From: Eledone cirrhosa | Lineage: Eukaryota | Length of the DNA stretch: 64,000 bases | NCBI GenBank assembly: GCA_964016885.1 | Contig: OZ024755.1 | Coordinates: 23,498,001 to 23,562,000, forward strand | Direction of reading: 5' to 3' | In this document: piece by piece, positions 27,730-40,655 of the stretch | Numbering within the stretch: the first letter of the stretch is position 1 | Layout of the letters: the number at the start of each line of letters is the position of its first letter | Made by a program: the position numbers and the translations under genes | The notes under the pieces: generated by a model | What the model was told of the DNA's origin: nothing | What the model saw: only the letters and a program-made list of their open reading frames with translations | Databases searched by the model: none

Positions 27730-28181
27730 TTTCCTTCTGTACATTAAATAATTTTCTTTCCCTTACTACTAACAACACACATTCCTATGTACAAAAAAAC
27801 ATCCTTCATCAATAAACTTCGCAAATGTCATCTACACACAATTTGGAGGAATTTAATGAAATAACTAAATTTTTCATTAGTAAGCTGACATTTAGAATAT
27901 TACTTAAACATTTTGACAATAAAATTATAATAGGTTTTAACAGGATAAACATTTTTAAATAAGCAACTCTGTATCATGAATCCTGACTAGTTTCTGGTGG
28001 TTTAGTATAAAAAAAAGGTTAAATATGAAGACACAATTACTACACATTTCAAGGAAACACTCTCAGACCACATCCTTCCTACACATGAACAATACACAAT
28101 TAAACCCCCCAAGCTTAGTATAATTTTACGGCCCAACAATGTTGAATAATCTCCAATAGTAATCTTACATACACGCATACA

Positions 28182-28325
28182 TACATGTCAACAGCCCACA
28201 ATCATTTGACTACCAAAGATTCACATGCCAACAGGCCACAATCATTTGACTACCAAAGATTCACATGCCAACAGGCTACACTCATTTGACTGGCAAAGAT
28301 TTACATGTCAACAGGCCACAATAAT
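28182..28325. repeat. Tandem repeat, unit about 40 bp
   Basis: About 3.5 copies of ACATGCCAACAGGCCACAATCATTTGACTACCAAAGATTC, about 50 nt into the intron after the His-bearing MINDY exon. Confidence 0.85.
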
Positions 28326-28378
28326 TGCACTCACAGTCAGTTATGATTAAGCTAAGGATTAAATGAAAACAGACTTAC

Positions 28379-28521
28379 CTTATGCCCATATAAAGTGCTG
28401 AAATGGTTATTCCGGAAGAAAACACAGAGCTCTCCTTCTTTGACGGTACTATTTAATTCACAGAGTCCATGGTATGTCAACTGAGAAGCTGTCTTTTCTA
28501 AAAAGTTTTCTGCTATTAATG
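28379..28521 (-). CDS. MINDY2: MINDY1/2-like coding exon (143 nt) with the catalytic His
   Basis: Acceptor ttcttacAG, donor AAG|GTAAGT. Translates ALIAENFLEKTASQLTYHGLCELNSTVKEGELCVFFRNNHFSTLYGHK (family motifs QLTYHGL and FFRNNHFST). Phase 1 in, phase 0 out. Confidence 0.95.
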
Positions 28522-29259
28522 CTGTAAGAATTTGACAAAAAAGTTAATGTTTAATTTGCTTTGGAAATGGTGAGATAATAATCACATAAACAAAATATCT
28601 AAACTGTAATTTTACATATAAACATAACAAATATTTCATATTAAGGGCCAAAACACTCGAAGAAGGTTTCTTCTCTGAAGACCTTCTGCTGTCTAGCTCT
28701 CCTGAGAGTTTCTTACCACTAAGGTTCATTTTCTTGCTAGCAGGAGTTGGACAGGTCGTCACAGACCAGGTTAGTACTTAATCTGAATTACTGACCCCTC
28801 AGATGAACTTGCTTACATACATTCCTGCACTCTGCAGTGTACTGGCTGCTGAGTTATAATCATTGTAAATAACTATATTTATTTTGACATCAGCTTTCAA
28901 GAAAATGTCCTTCCAGAATTAGTGTTCTTTCTACTAACAAATTATTTTCTGTAACTGAGAGAACAACATTTCATTGATTTGAATATTTTACAAGAAAAGC
29001 ATTAAGTGATGCCATACAGAGTGACTTGTACAGGGGGCCTGCATATTGCTAACACATCACACCATGCTCTACTGAGTGTATTTTATTATGGCACCAACAC
29101 TAAGGAGGTTACCATGTCCTTGGCACATCTAAAGAGTTCTCAAAGGTTTTCTATGGCTGGGTGCCATTCCTATCACCAAACACTACTGTTAAAATTAGCT
29201 GTCATATGACAGGTAACACTCTAGTTATGATATTTCACAAGGCAATATGTACAACTTAC

Positions 29260-29450
29260 CTTCAGTAATCTGTTCATTGCTGTCTGAATTCTTCTGTACA
29301 ATTATCTTTTCTACAAGCTGATTGTAACTGCATGTACCTATAGCAGATACTACTTCATGTGACTGAGGATCAACTAACCAACCATGATATAAAGAGATAC
29401 CCAGCAAATCAAAGATGATATATTCTGGAGTGCATTCAAAATCTTGTACA
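29260..29450 (-). CDS. MINDY2: MINDY1/2-like coding exon (191 nt)
   Basis: Acceptor tttgtttcAG, donor G|GTAAGT. Translates VQDFECTPEYIIFDLLGISLYHGWLVDPQSHEVVSAIGTCSYNQLVEKII...QITE (family motifs LYHGWLVDP and SYNQLVEKII). Phase 2 in, phase 1 out. Confidence 0.95.
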
Positions 29451-31216
29451 CTGAAACAAATAGAAAACATTAGATTAAAGAAGCTAACATGATATTTATA
29501 AAAATACATTTATCTGTTTGTTTAACCCTTTAGCATTTACATTACCGTGAAAATACAATAATAAATATAGAGTAAAGGCTTTACCTCACATAATTATCTC
29601 GCATAACATTGAATCTATGCGATTTTGATATTTATTTTGAGAACAAATCAGTATGAACGGCCAGTTATGGCTGGTTTGAACTGAAAGAGGTGGGAGAATT
29701 CTGGTCGGATATGACCGGTCAGCCTCAGAAGTAGAATTATTTCAATTATGTAGACTAGCTTTATGAGAAACAAACATGTTATAGATATTATTATTATACT
29801 GGAGGACTCTTATAGCTATGTCAGGCGGTATTAGGATAAACACGGTAAAATGTTAGTGGTGGTGCAGTGGTGCATGATAAAACACACCCAGCCATAGAAA
29901 CCATGCTAAAATGGAATATATGAGCAAGGCACAGTCATCAACATGTCTAAAGTCAGAATATGATAACTAATGTAACTTATGCAATCATGGAAAATAGATG
30001 TAAAGCAGTGAGAATTGTTTCTACTTTAGGCACAAGGCCAGCAATTTGAAGGGAAGGGGAAAGTCAACTAACCCCAGTGCTTATTGGTGCTTTATTTTAT
30101 TGATCCCATAAAGATGAAAGGGGGGATTTAAAATCAGGACGTAAAAAGGCTGTACCTCTATGGTGCAAAGCATGGTGTCCGGCACTCTACCAATACTGGC
30201 AATCCACCGCCCAAGAGTTCACTAACAATAAAAAAAACTGTTGTGTATTGAACTCATATTGAGTGTTATAACAAGTGCTGTGTGATGCTTTAATTATTTA
30301 ACGACAGCCAATCATATGTTTCATGCGTGCTCGTGTTTTGGCTATATATTATACTTCAGCTAAACGATGGTATACAAATCTTGAAGTACAGTCTGACAGC
30401 TCTGACGGTTTGAGGAGTACACAATTCTTTCTGTTGCCACAGAATTACGTTCAGTGTTAGTGTTACATCTTATTAAAGCTAAATATGTGACTCAAGTGCT
30501 GTAGATTTGAAGTACATCAGAAGGAACATATCTTCAATGAAAAGATAAAATAATTTCTTCTTTTTTGACCACATGATCCTCTCAGGAGGGTCATGAGGGA
30601 AGAGTTTTCAAACATGCCTTCCAGTGAATTCTTTAGGATGTTATCCAACCATCTTGCTCATAGTCTACATCTGGATCTCCTGCTGATTGACTTTGGACAT
30701 AAAATCAGTCATGCTTCTCTCCTTAGATGTTCTGTAATACCAGAGCTGTGATCTCTCAATGTGACTCTACCTGGAGCGACTCCATGATCTCCAAGCTATG
30801 CACCCTATCGAGTAACGTTTCTCCAGAGATCCTTCAGAAGAACCCCATTTAAGCTGTTTCCATTAGTGATTGTATTCTTTCAGTCCCTACCCAAGATTTA
30901 TTACCATAGGTTAGGGTAGGCATGGATACTGAATTGAAGATAGTAAGTTTGGCTTTTACACCTACCTCCCTTTTGATGACTGAGTATTGAAGCTGGTACA
31001 TTATTAGACCAACTCCAGCAATTCGTACGTTTAATTCAGTATCCAGCTTTCCACCATTCAAGATAAAATAACAACAGTACAAAGTAATTTAGGTAATAAT
31101 TCATCAGTTGTTAAATTTTTATGATCTCTCTCTACAGGTCATAAACTCCAAAGCTGCTTTAGAGAAAATACTACCTTATATAAAAGTAATTAGTTCTTGT
31201 AATGATAGTAGCTTAC

Positions 31217-31323
31217 CCTCTAAAACCAACATTGACATCCAATCCAGTTTGCAATTTGTGGACCACTGCCATACCATCCTGCATGTTTTGTTGGTAATTT
31301 AGCCGAATATCTTCTGACGCTGT
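31217..31323 (-). CDS. MINDY2: MINDY1/2-like coding exon (107 nt)
   Basis: Not in the ORF track in this frame. Acceptor tttcctttatggacAG, donor GG|GTAAGC. Translates TASEDIRLNYQQNMQDGMAVVHKLQTGLDVNVGFRG (family motif LxTGLDVNVxFxG). Phase 0 in, phase 2 out, matching both neighbours. Confidence 0.93.
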
Positions 31324-32146
31324 CTGTCCATAAAGGAAAAAAAAAGACCCCAATAAAATGTTCTGCTTGATAAGTCAAGAATTTTAAGCCTGTTTGTTTT
31401 AATTTATTTGGTTCCTCAATAACAGTATTTAAAATTTCCATTTATTGTTTTACATAAATCTCTCTTTATAAGAATGTCACTACATGATTCTTACTTATAT
31501 AATAATTCCACTTAGTTTTTACATTTAATTATATTTTATAACAAAATGTAAATTTAATTTCTGTATTCAAGTGCCGGACAAAATTTAATATAATTAATAG
31601 ATCAAAATACATTTATAATACAAGTCAATAATTGCATATAAAACTCTTAAAAATATATTTTCTAATTAACTTGCTAGAAATAAGAAAAATAATGTAAATT
31701 TAGTTCTATTAAAATGGAACATTCTAAAGAATATTGATTAAATAAAACTCAAAACTTAAGAAGATATCTAAGCAGACAAACCCTTATAAGAATATAATTC
31801 TTATAAGGATTTCAAGCTATTAAGACATGGCTATGTTAAGACAGTGCCTTAATTAAAAAACAAGAGTTTATATAAATCTAGTGAAACCTAATAAGATTTC
31901 AATTTGAATTTAATTTCAGAAATGTGTTTAAATAACAAATTTTGAAGTTTTAAGTACAGCTTATTCCATTTAGACATATATTCAATAAATAAAATGAGAA
32001 AATATATATAATTCTATAACCCTCAGAAATTGAAGCCGAAAAGAACATTTAGATTTTAAGGTTAGAAATTTTAAATGAGTTTAATAAAAAATAGAATTAT
32101 TTATAAATTGACAAGAGAAACTTCTAGACTCTTTTTTTGGACTTAC

Positions 32147-33252
32147 CTTAGGAACATTCTGCAGGATGCAATCACCTAAGTGATCCATAAGTTGTTCTGA
32201 AGTAATTAATTCTGAAGTAGCTTCCAGAGTTACTCGCCCTTGTAGCAATAATACATTCATTATTGCAAGCAACGGGCATGGACCATTTTCATTTTGAGTA
32301 ATAATGGGTACCTTTTGTGATTGAAAATGAATCCATTTTAGATGGTAAATACTCTGCACAGAAGAGGATGAAGAAGAAGATGTGCCATCTAGGGCAATTT
32401 TAGATAAAGTCTGTTCACTTTCATTGTCAGCAGTCTCTATAGGGATACCGTCAATATCCTTATCTGAAGGAATACTCATTGACTCAGAAGGTGTGATGTC
32501 CTGAGAGTCTGTATCACTGCGCTTAGATAAGTGGTCATCTACATCTTTGGAAGAATCTACCAAAGAGAAGCTAGTTTTGGAAATGACCCTTTCAGACCTT
32601 TTAGGCACTTCACAGCTGGTAGTTGCATGAGTAGTTGTGGCATCATTATCACTTTCTGCCAATGAAAGTTCAACTTTAACAGTCTGACTTTCATTTTTTG
32701 GAGAACTAGAATCTTCCCTGCTATTTTGTTGTTGCACATGTGTACTAGCACCCAAATCTGAATTTGTTATATTTTGTAAGTTTTGTTCTGTTTGCAAATC
32801 AATAGGAGATATGTTGGTACACTTGTCATCAGTGTTAAGTTTTTCCAAAGGCAGACCTATAGGTGAAGAATTTGAATTGGCGCAATCAGAGTTGTTCCAG
32901 TTATTCCCTGTCTGAGTGGTACACATTTCTGATTTTTCATTCATTAAAGATTGTTTTTTAGAACCAGGAAGATTATCAAGGTCGGAATCGGCAGACACTG
33001 AAATGTCTAAAGAAGTTTTGTTTGCATAGCTAGTGTTTCCATCAAGAATAGTTCTATTGTCGAGAGAATTTGAAGAATCTTTACTTGGCGATTCTGTCGG
33101 TTCCATGAAACTTATTATCTCCCTTGAATTATCCACAGTAACCTCCCCTGAACTTAATGTCGCAGCAGTTGAAGTAGCAGCAGTAGACTGGTTATCTAGT
33201 TGCTTGTGTTTTGAAGACACTTCATTACTAGTTCCATCTTGAGAAATATCGG
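32147..33252 (-). CDS. MINDY2: MINDY1/2-like (FAM63) K48-specific deubiquitinase, large coding exon: long S/T/D/N-rich N-terminal region plus start of the catalytic domain
   Basis: Translation ends YHLKWIHFQSQKVPIITQNENGPCPLLAIMNVLLL...LGDCILQNVPK, the MINDY-1/2 QNxNGPCPLLA motif (catalytic Cys codon 32278-32276). Acceptor ttattattttgtAG at 33254-33253; donor AAG|GTAAGT after 32147. The frame is open from the acceptor (xCC-DISQDGTSNEV...) and the first in-frame ATG is at 33106. The invertebrate gene is probably co-orthologous to MINDY1 and MINDY2, so the symbol is approximate. Confidence 0.93.
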
Positions 33253-35544
33253 CTACAAAATAATAAAAAAAGAAAAGAACACGAAAAGCATTAGTGAAGA
33301 ATATTTAAAAGGTAACTGCAAACCCACACACTCAATAAGGCTGGGAAAATATATAAGCATGAAAGATAGCAAACATCTTTTTTTAAATAAGACTTAATCA
33401 CAAATAAGTATTACTAAGGAAGCTCTGAAGCTGTACTTAGTGACTGAAATATTAATACAATGAAAACATCAGCTAAAACAAATAGAAACATTACACAATA
33501 AAATGCAATACAAACAACATTACAATAGTCGAGCCAGAAATAGACCTAAAGGATAAGAATCCTTAAAAATTCTAATTTCTTTTACTTCAAAATCCATATA
33601 TAAATGTTGAGAATTTGGTGGATAGTGTCTAATAGCATTATTAGTTAATATGTTGAGAGCAGTGGATTGGCAGGGTCGTGAGAGCATTGGACAAATGCTT
33701 AACAGTATTTTTTCTGGCTCTACATTCTGAATTCTAATCCCACTGAGCTCAATTTTGTTTTTCATCCTTCTGATGTCGATAAAATAAAGTAGTCAAGTTC
33801 TGGGGAAAATATAATCGACTTTTCTTTCTCCTAAATTGCTGACCTTGTGCCAATACGAATAATCATTATTAGTTCGCCTGCAATATTAAGGAATATCTTA
33901 GTTTCAGTCACACATATTGGCACTTTTATGACTATCTAGAGAAGCTTTAATAATAATGATAATAATAATAATGAAATTATTGTGTAAAGTGCTCAGGTGC
34001 ACAACTCGTCAAAGGTGTATGTATAGTACATAGAATAATATACAAATGTCAGGGAAGTGAATAGCCATTAGCTGAATTTCCACGACTGCCAACTTCAACA
34101 AACCTTTGCTCTCTTAACCCATTAGTATTTTTAACTGGCCATAATTCTCTCACCTCTTTCTGTTCAAACCGACCGTAACTGGCCACTCATGCTGAAATTA
34201 AGGTATTGTTCTCATAATAATAATATCAAAATCTCATTCAATATTAGATGAGATAATTCTGTGAGGTAAAGCCTTTACCATGGAAATATAATAGTAAATA
34301 TAAAGTAATGTAAATGCTAAAGGGTTAACTCTGGCAAATCTATAGATTGAGAAGATATCCAAACTGTTACACTCCCACTATTTGTCTCAACCTCTTCTTT
34401 ATTCTAACACATTTATTCAACCTTTCTTTACTTTGAGCAGCTAGCTAGAAATGTGGAAGGCAATATCAATTTGCTAATAACTTATTACTCTCATGTGTAA
34501 TTGTATAGTGATAGAAACAATCATAAACAACTATCTTCTACAAATTCTTTATGGCATGTTCCAAACTAATCCCATAGAAGTTCTTTAATTGCTCATACTA
34601 TATCCATCAGAATTGACAGCACATGTTCAATTTCTGTTGTCTTACAATGACTCAGCATTTCTCTGGCTCCCTTCATTAGTAGTTTGCTATCAACTAAACC
34701 TGTGTTTTCCTAAGCAGATGATAGAGCCCTTAATCCTTTTGATACCAAGCTGCTCCAAACTGCCTCTAGTTCTATGAAAGAAAAACCCACTAATTTTAAA
34801 TTATAATCTTCCAACATAATTTTATGCCTGCTAATAAAGTGAGTTGCTACGTGATAGTGGGATGTGAGCCTTGAGTTTATCAAATGAGTTGAGAGAAAGC
34901 AGAAGATGAGAGGAATCCAGTGCAAGAGTGATAACTGTGCTAGTATGGGCATGTTATGTGTATGGGGGATGTCTGTTCTATAAAGAAGTACTCAACACTT
35001 GAGGTGGTTGGAACCCGTGGAAGAAGGAGACCAAAGAAAGCATGGAATAAAGTGGTAAAGAAGCTGAATCTCATGAAAGAGATAGCAAAGGACTGTGGTG
35101 ATTGGCAACATAGGGTGCTGGAGAAGACCTGACCTCCAGTACAAGCAAGTCTGTAAAATACAAGTAGTGGTGATGGAGGTTATGATGTATAATATACCAT
35201 CAGGCTTTTCACTTTTTCTCCAGCATACCACATTGACTAAATAACAAAAGAAGACATGTGACCTGTCTATATCAAATCCCTCCAGCATCATCTGCTATCT
35301 TTAACACTACTACTACTACACCTCTCTCTCTCTCTCACCCTCTATCTCGACATTAGATCTGTCCTTACTTGACATCATTCTCTCTCTTTCACTCACCATC
35401 ACCCATATCTGTTGGTATTGATCATTTGCATCCATATTCAATAACATCAACTTCTCTCTCACTAACCATCATTATCTCTCTCACATGAGACTCATAGAAC
35501 ACATCTACTACTCTCACTCACTACCATACTTCTCTGTTGCTATA

Positions 35545-36200
35545 CGAAGGTTGGCTGAAAAGTTCATAGGCTGACCAAGATACTCTCATGAAATGTGACC
35601 AAATAAGGTTTATTTTTCAACATAGTTCCTCTTGTGGTACACACACTTCTTCCTTCGGTGTTGCAATGCTAGGATCCCATTGGTGAAGAAGTTTTCATCC
35701 TATTGGTTAAAAAATACATCAATTGTAGATATGATGTCATCATCACTGCGATACTGGTTTTCAGACAAGTGTTTTATCATGTTGGGGAACAGATGATTGT
35801 GATATAGTGCCAAATTAGGAGAATAGGGAGGATGATCAACTAGTTCAAAGCCACAGTTATGCACAGCAGCCATTGAAACCAAGGACTTGTGTGTTGGAGT
35901 ATTGTTCTGCTGGAACAAGACCCCCTTTCATTCGTTTTCCTGGACATTTGGTTTTGATAGCCTTTCGTAACTCCTTCAGCAAGTTGGCACAGTACGCTCC
36001 ATTGATGATGTGGCCCTTTTGAAGATAATCAATAAACACAATGCTTTTTGTATCCCCCAAACCATCCCTGTAGATGAAACGACCTTGGCCTTCTTTAGAA
36101 AAGGTGAGGAGGGATGTTTCCACTGCATGGATTGTCTCGTTGTCTCTAGTTCAAAGTGATGAATCCAACACTCATCTTGGGTGAGGAAATGTTCAAAGAA
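35545..36200 (-). mobile_element. Mariner (Tc1/mariner) transposase pseudogene, 3' half with one TIR
   Basis: Frameshifted pieces FLTQDECWIHHFELETTRQSMQWKHPSSP..KKAK, IVFIDYLQKGHIINGAYCANLL and QQNNTPTHKS..ELVDHPPYSPNLA. TIR begins TA|CGAAGGTTGGCTGAAAAGTTCATAGG at 35545. Confidence 0.9.
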
Positions 36201-36499
36201 AACAGCTGGACAATATAAGGTAGAGAGGACTCTTAGTCTTGTTGAGGACTCAACAAGCTCTCCAGTGTTGGTGCCACAATAAAACACAGCCAGTACAGTG
36301 TAAAGTGGTTTGTGTTAGTAAAGGCATTGAGCAATAGATCAATATTATTTATTTTGAGAACAATACCTTAACATCAGTATGAGCGGCCAATTATGGCCAG
36401 TTTGAATAGAAAGGGGTGAGAGAATTATGGCTGGATACGGCCGGTTTAAATGCTAAAAGATTAATGCATTCAACAGTATAGATAACACAGGAGGTGACA

Positions 36500-38500
36500 T
36501 CTTGAAGTCACTTTACATTTAAAACAATCCATACCAACACAGACATACCTCAACAAGCCATCTATAAATACTATTCCTACCAGGCATCACTTTCTGTTCC
36601 ACATACATATCTACACACATATTTACCACAACCACTTGGTAAACAGTTACCTAACCTTCTTCAATCACCCAATCAATTATCACATTGTATTTGTACATCA
36701 ATGAAGAATGTAAAAAACACTTTCATAAACTTCAAAAAACTAAAATGGAATGTGTTACATAAAGAAACATATTCAAGGTGTCCACAATTAATAACACAAA
36801 GACTGCAGAACATACTTTCAACAAAATAGAAAATAGAAAACTTATTCCTGCAAGGCAACATAAAGAAAATACAACTCGTATTAATCACAGACAGCCTCCT
36901 TTCCCCCATAACTGAAATCAAATTCCTTATCAAACAACTAAGTAAATAACAAAATATAAATAAAAACCAAAAGTAGAACACTACAATATCATCAACAATG
37001 GTCATTCAATAACGCCATGTCATGATAACCTGAGATAATATAACCACACTGACATCAAACAAACACTCTTATCACAAAAAATAAAAACTCATATAAAGAA
37101 GACAGGAGTTTAAAACGAAAAATATGTACCTTCCACGTAATTTACATTATTGACAACTTATTTCCTTGCATTAGATAAAGAAATCTAGAAACTCAAAAGC
37201 CTATGGACCAGACAAAACCACAAACATACACCAGAAATAGTTAGGACTTAAAGGAATCAGTGCACTCAACTATTTAACCCTTTAGCATTTACATTACTCT
37301 CTCTCTCTATATATATATATATAGATGTATATATATATATACTATGGTATTTTTGTGGTAAAGGCTTTATCTTACACATTTATCTCACATAATATCGAAT
37401 CTATGAGATTTTGATGTTATTTATTTTGAGAACAATGCCTTAACGTCAGTATAAGGGTCGCGGGGAAGAGTCCTTAAACATATTGAGACCATTACACTCA
37501 AACACTATTCATCAACCTCACACAGAAAACACAAGATATATACCATTCTAACTATTACTGACATCGGCCAAACCTTCTACTCAATTCTCTGCACTTCAAT
37601 CATACACAAAGTACTCAACACCACCTTAACAAACAATGTAAAATGTTGGCTATGTAGTGTACAAAAACAACACTTTCATAATGCAATTTTCTCTATGAAG
37701 TAACCAGGGATCAATCTTCTCATTGATCCCTTTCAATTAATGCATACCTGTCAACTTTATGCACAAATGTCATCACACTCACTCCCTCCCACCATCCCTC
37801 ACATACTATTTCAACACAACTTCAATCACCTAGAAACAGACCTGCCAACCTTTAAAAACCCAAACGGGGGAGTACCATGAAAGAAGGGCCTCAAAATGGG
37901 CAGAAATTAGGCAAAATGGGGAGATTTTACATAATGAAAGCTATACCCATTTTCACAAGAGAAGACAACTCTTACCCACTCCAAAGTGGGTGAGAGACCT
38001 CCCTGTCCGATGGGGAGAATTGACATGTCTGGAGAACCCCTTGACAGTCTTCAAGCAATTGCCTAGACTTTTTCCCTTCCAGGTACAAAGAACTGCTACT
38101 CAACGAACTAACCACTGTCATCATAATTTTAAAAGATTCTTTTGTTATATTATTTTCACATCTCTTAAAAATATTTTTTCGTATTCTATTTTCACGTTAG
38201 TCACTCGAGGTAGAGCTGCTAATTCTCCGAATTGAGAGGTCACAGCTCAGATACTATGGGCATGTTGTTAGAATGTTGCAGGAAAGAAACGCTGGACAGA
38301 TTTTATGGGCAAAAACAACCAGCAGAAGACCCAGGGGTAGACCCCGAGCAAGATGGTTGGATAACATCCATGAGCTTGGCTTGTCTCACTTGGGGTGGGC
38401 GAGAGATCTCCCTATCGGATCGAGAGAGTTGACAGGTTTGTAGAAACCTGACTCTACAACAACAGATTTTAAGTAGTATCTACTAAATCCAGTCTCCCTT
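36500..38500 (+). mobile_element. Highly decayed A/C-rich non-LTR retrotransposon interrupted by later insertions
   Basis: Remnant NSKAYGPDKTTNIH near 37190-37230 (KAPGPD-like pre-RT motif) and HLET*LYNNRF split across 37830/38441. Interrupted by a MITE at about 37274-37455 and an insertion at 37837-38440. Confidence 0.55.
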
Positions 38501-38519
38501 TTTATCAGCAATACTATCA

Positions 38520-38850
38520 TCATCATCATTTTTTACGTCCGTTTTTCCCTGCTTGCAAGGGTGGGACGGGAACTGATTCTGGCTTGATTTCTACAGCTGG
38601 ATGCCCTTCCTAACACCAACCTCATTTACAGTGAGTGCTGGGTGCTTTTTTGCCGTGGCACCTCCACGTCCACTTTGCAGTGGAATGATAGGGACCTCAG
38701 TCCCTATCATCTCATTTCTACAGCTGAGTAAACTGGAGCAATGTGAAATAAAGTGTCTTGCACAAGGAAACAACACATCACCCGGTCTGAGAATTGAACT
38801 CACAACCTTTCGATTGCAAGGCCAATGCTCTAACCACTGAGCCATGTGCC
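38520..38850 (-). mobile_element. tRNA-derived SINE sharing its 3' tail with the RTE LINE (near-identical copy at about 57196-57540)
   Basis: Minus strand: GGCACATGGCTCAGTGGTTAGAGCATTGG (A box) ... GTGAGTTCAATTC (B box) ... CCCGTCCCACCCTTGCAAGCAGGGAAAAACGGACGTAAAAAATGATGATG, the same 3' end as the LINE at 48672-48720. Related SINE heads at about 12467-12750, 16843-17175 and 62480-62850. Confidence 0.82.
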
Positions 38851-40434
38851 TCCATAGAACATCAAATTCAACCAACCATCAGTGAACCATATCACAGACA
38901 CACAAACAACAAATACACAAGGAGTTACATACATATCGTCTGTAACACACACATAGAAAGTAATGAAAAAGAAACCAAAATGACAAACAAACTGAGTAAT
39001 CACGGACATCAAATTTAGTTTACAGGAAAAAAATAAACAAAACAACCACAATAGTGTATAAACACTAGATTAACATTTTAGCATTTAAACCAGCCACATC
39101 CAACCAGAATTCTCTCACCTCTTTCTGTTCAAACTAGCTGTAACTGGCCAATCATACAGATGTTAAGGTATTCTCAAAATAAATAATATCAAAATCTCAT
39201 AGATTCGATATTATGTGAGGTAAGGCCTTCACCGTGAAAATACAATAGTAAATATAGAGTAGTATAAATTCTAAAGGGTTGAACACATTACTTGTTAGAA
39301 GTTAGAACTTTAAGCCTAATCAAGAAATCAATATTCATAATAAACATATATTTAATTATAAAGAAATAAAATAATCAATCAAACAATGGAAGTTTCCTGA
39401 ACATAAACTAAACAAGGTATCATAACACAAATTAAATATATTATAGATAACCCCTTAACAGCTCTTATCATCTCTACATCTCTCATGATATTGAAGTCAC
39501 CCCCTCTCCTCTTACAATCCTGTGAAATCCCACCACACTACACTCATGACATCATGCATATCATCATTCTTATGTTCCCTGACTAGAGTAGAGAGGGCTC
39601 TTCAGTTGAGTCAATGACCAAGAACCTCTCCAATGCTGCTGCCTTTGTGTTCCCTTATTAGGGTAGACATGACTCTTCAGTTGAGCCAATGACCAACAAC
39701 CCCTGCAGTGCTGCTGCTTTTGGAAAATGCACCATGTACACCCTGTAAAGTGGTTGGCAATAAGAAGGGCAACCCAGTGTAGAAACCATGCCAAAAAATA
39801 GTTGAGACAACCGTCTAGTTGTGTGAAGAGCATGACAACTATTGTAGTATTAAACACAAGTACATTCCATAAAGTACTTATGATAGGAAGGTCATCTGGC
39901 CATAGAAAAACTTGCCAAACAAAGTGTTGGGAGGACTCTTCAGTTGTCTTAAAGACATCACAACCTCCCATAAAAACCTATTTATTTACATATTGGAATG
40001 AATAGGTAATACAAGTGGAGGATGATGATGATGATAGATGCAAATGATGGTGGAAATTATCTACAAATGAGGTAAAGAAAATTTATGAAGAAAGTAGATT
40101 AGACCTCAGAATGTTTAGTTTTACAGATGAGATGATGCATAAAATAAAGTGATGTCTAAAATAAGTTAATCTAACTTATAATCCTTATATACAATTCATA
40201 ACATTTTCAAAAGGTTATTACAAATATATAGCATAATAGATTATTCTAATGTAAACAAAGACAAAGCAATCAATGACAAAATTAAACATACCATTCATTT
40301 AAATGTTGCATGGATCACGATAATAAAAAAACAATAGATTTATTGATTACTGTATATGCTTGTAAATAAGCTGAGGAATATGTGACAAAAAAAAAAAAAA
40401 AAAATCTATGGTAAAATGGGATTGATGTATTTGC

Positions 40435-40655
40435 TGATTACACCGGTTTTACTTTGGTGGTGAATATTACACCAGTTTTACTTTGGTGGTGAATATTACA
40501 CCAGTTTTACTTTGGTGGTGAATATTACAACAGTTTTACTTTACCAGTTTTACACAGGTTTCATTTCGGAGGTGAATATTACAAAGGTTTCACTTTGGAG
40601 GTGAATATTACACAGGTTTCATTTTGGAGGTGAATATTACACAGGTTTCATTTTC
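40435..40655. repeat. Minisatellite, unit 29 bp, with two variant blocks
   Basis: GAATATTACACCAGTTTTACTTTGGTGGT copies followed by GAATATTACACAGGTTTCATTTTGGAGGT copies. Confidence 0.88.
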
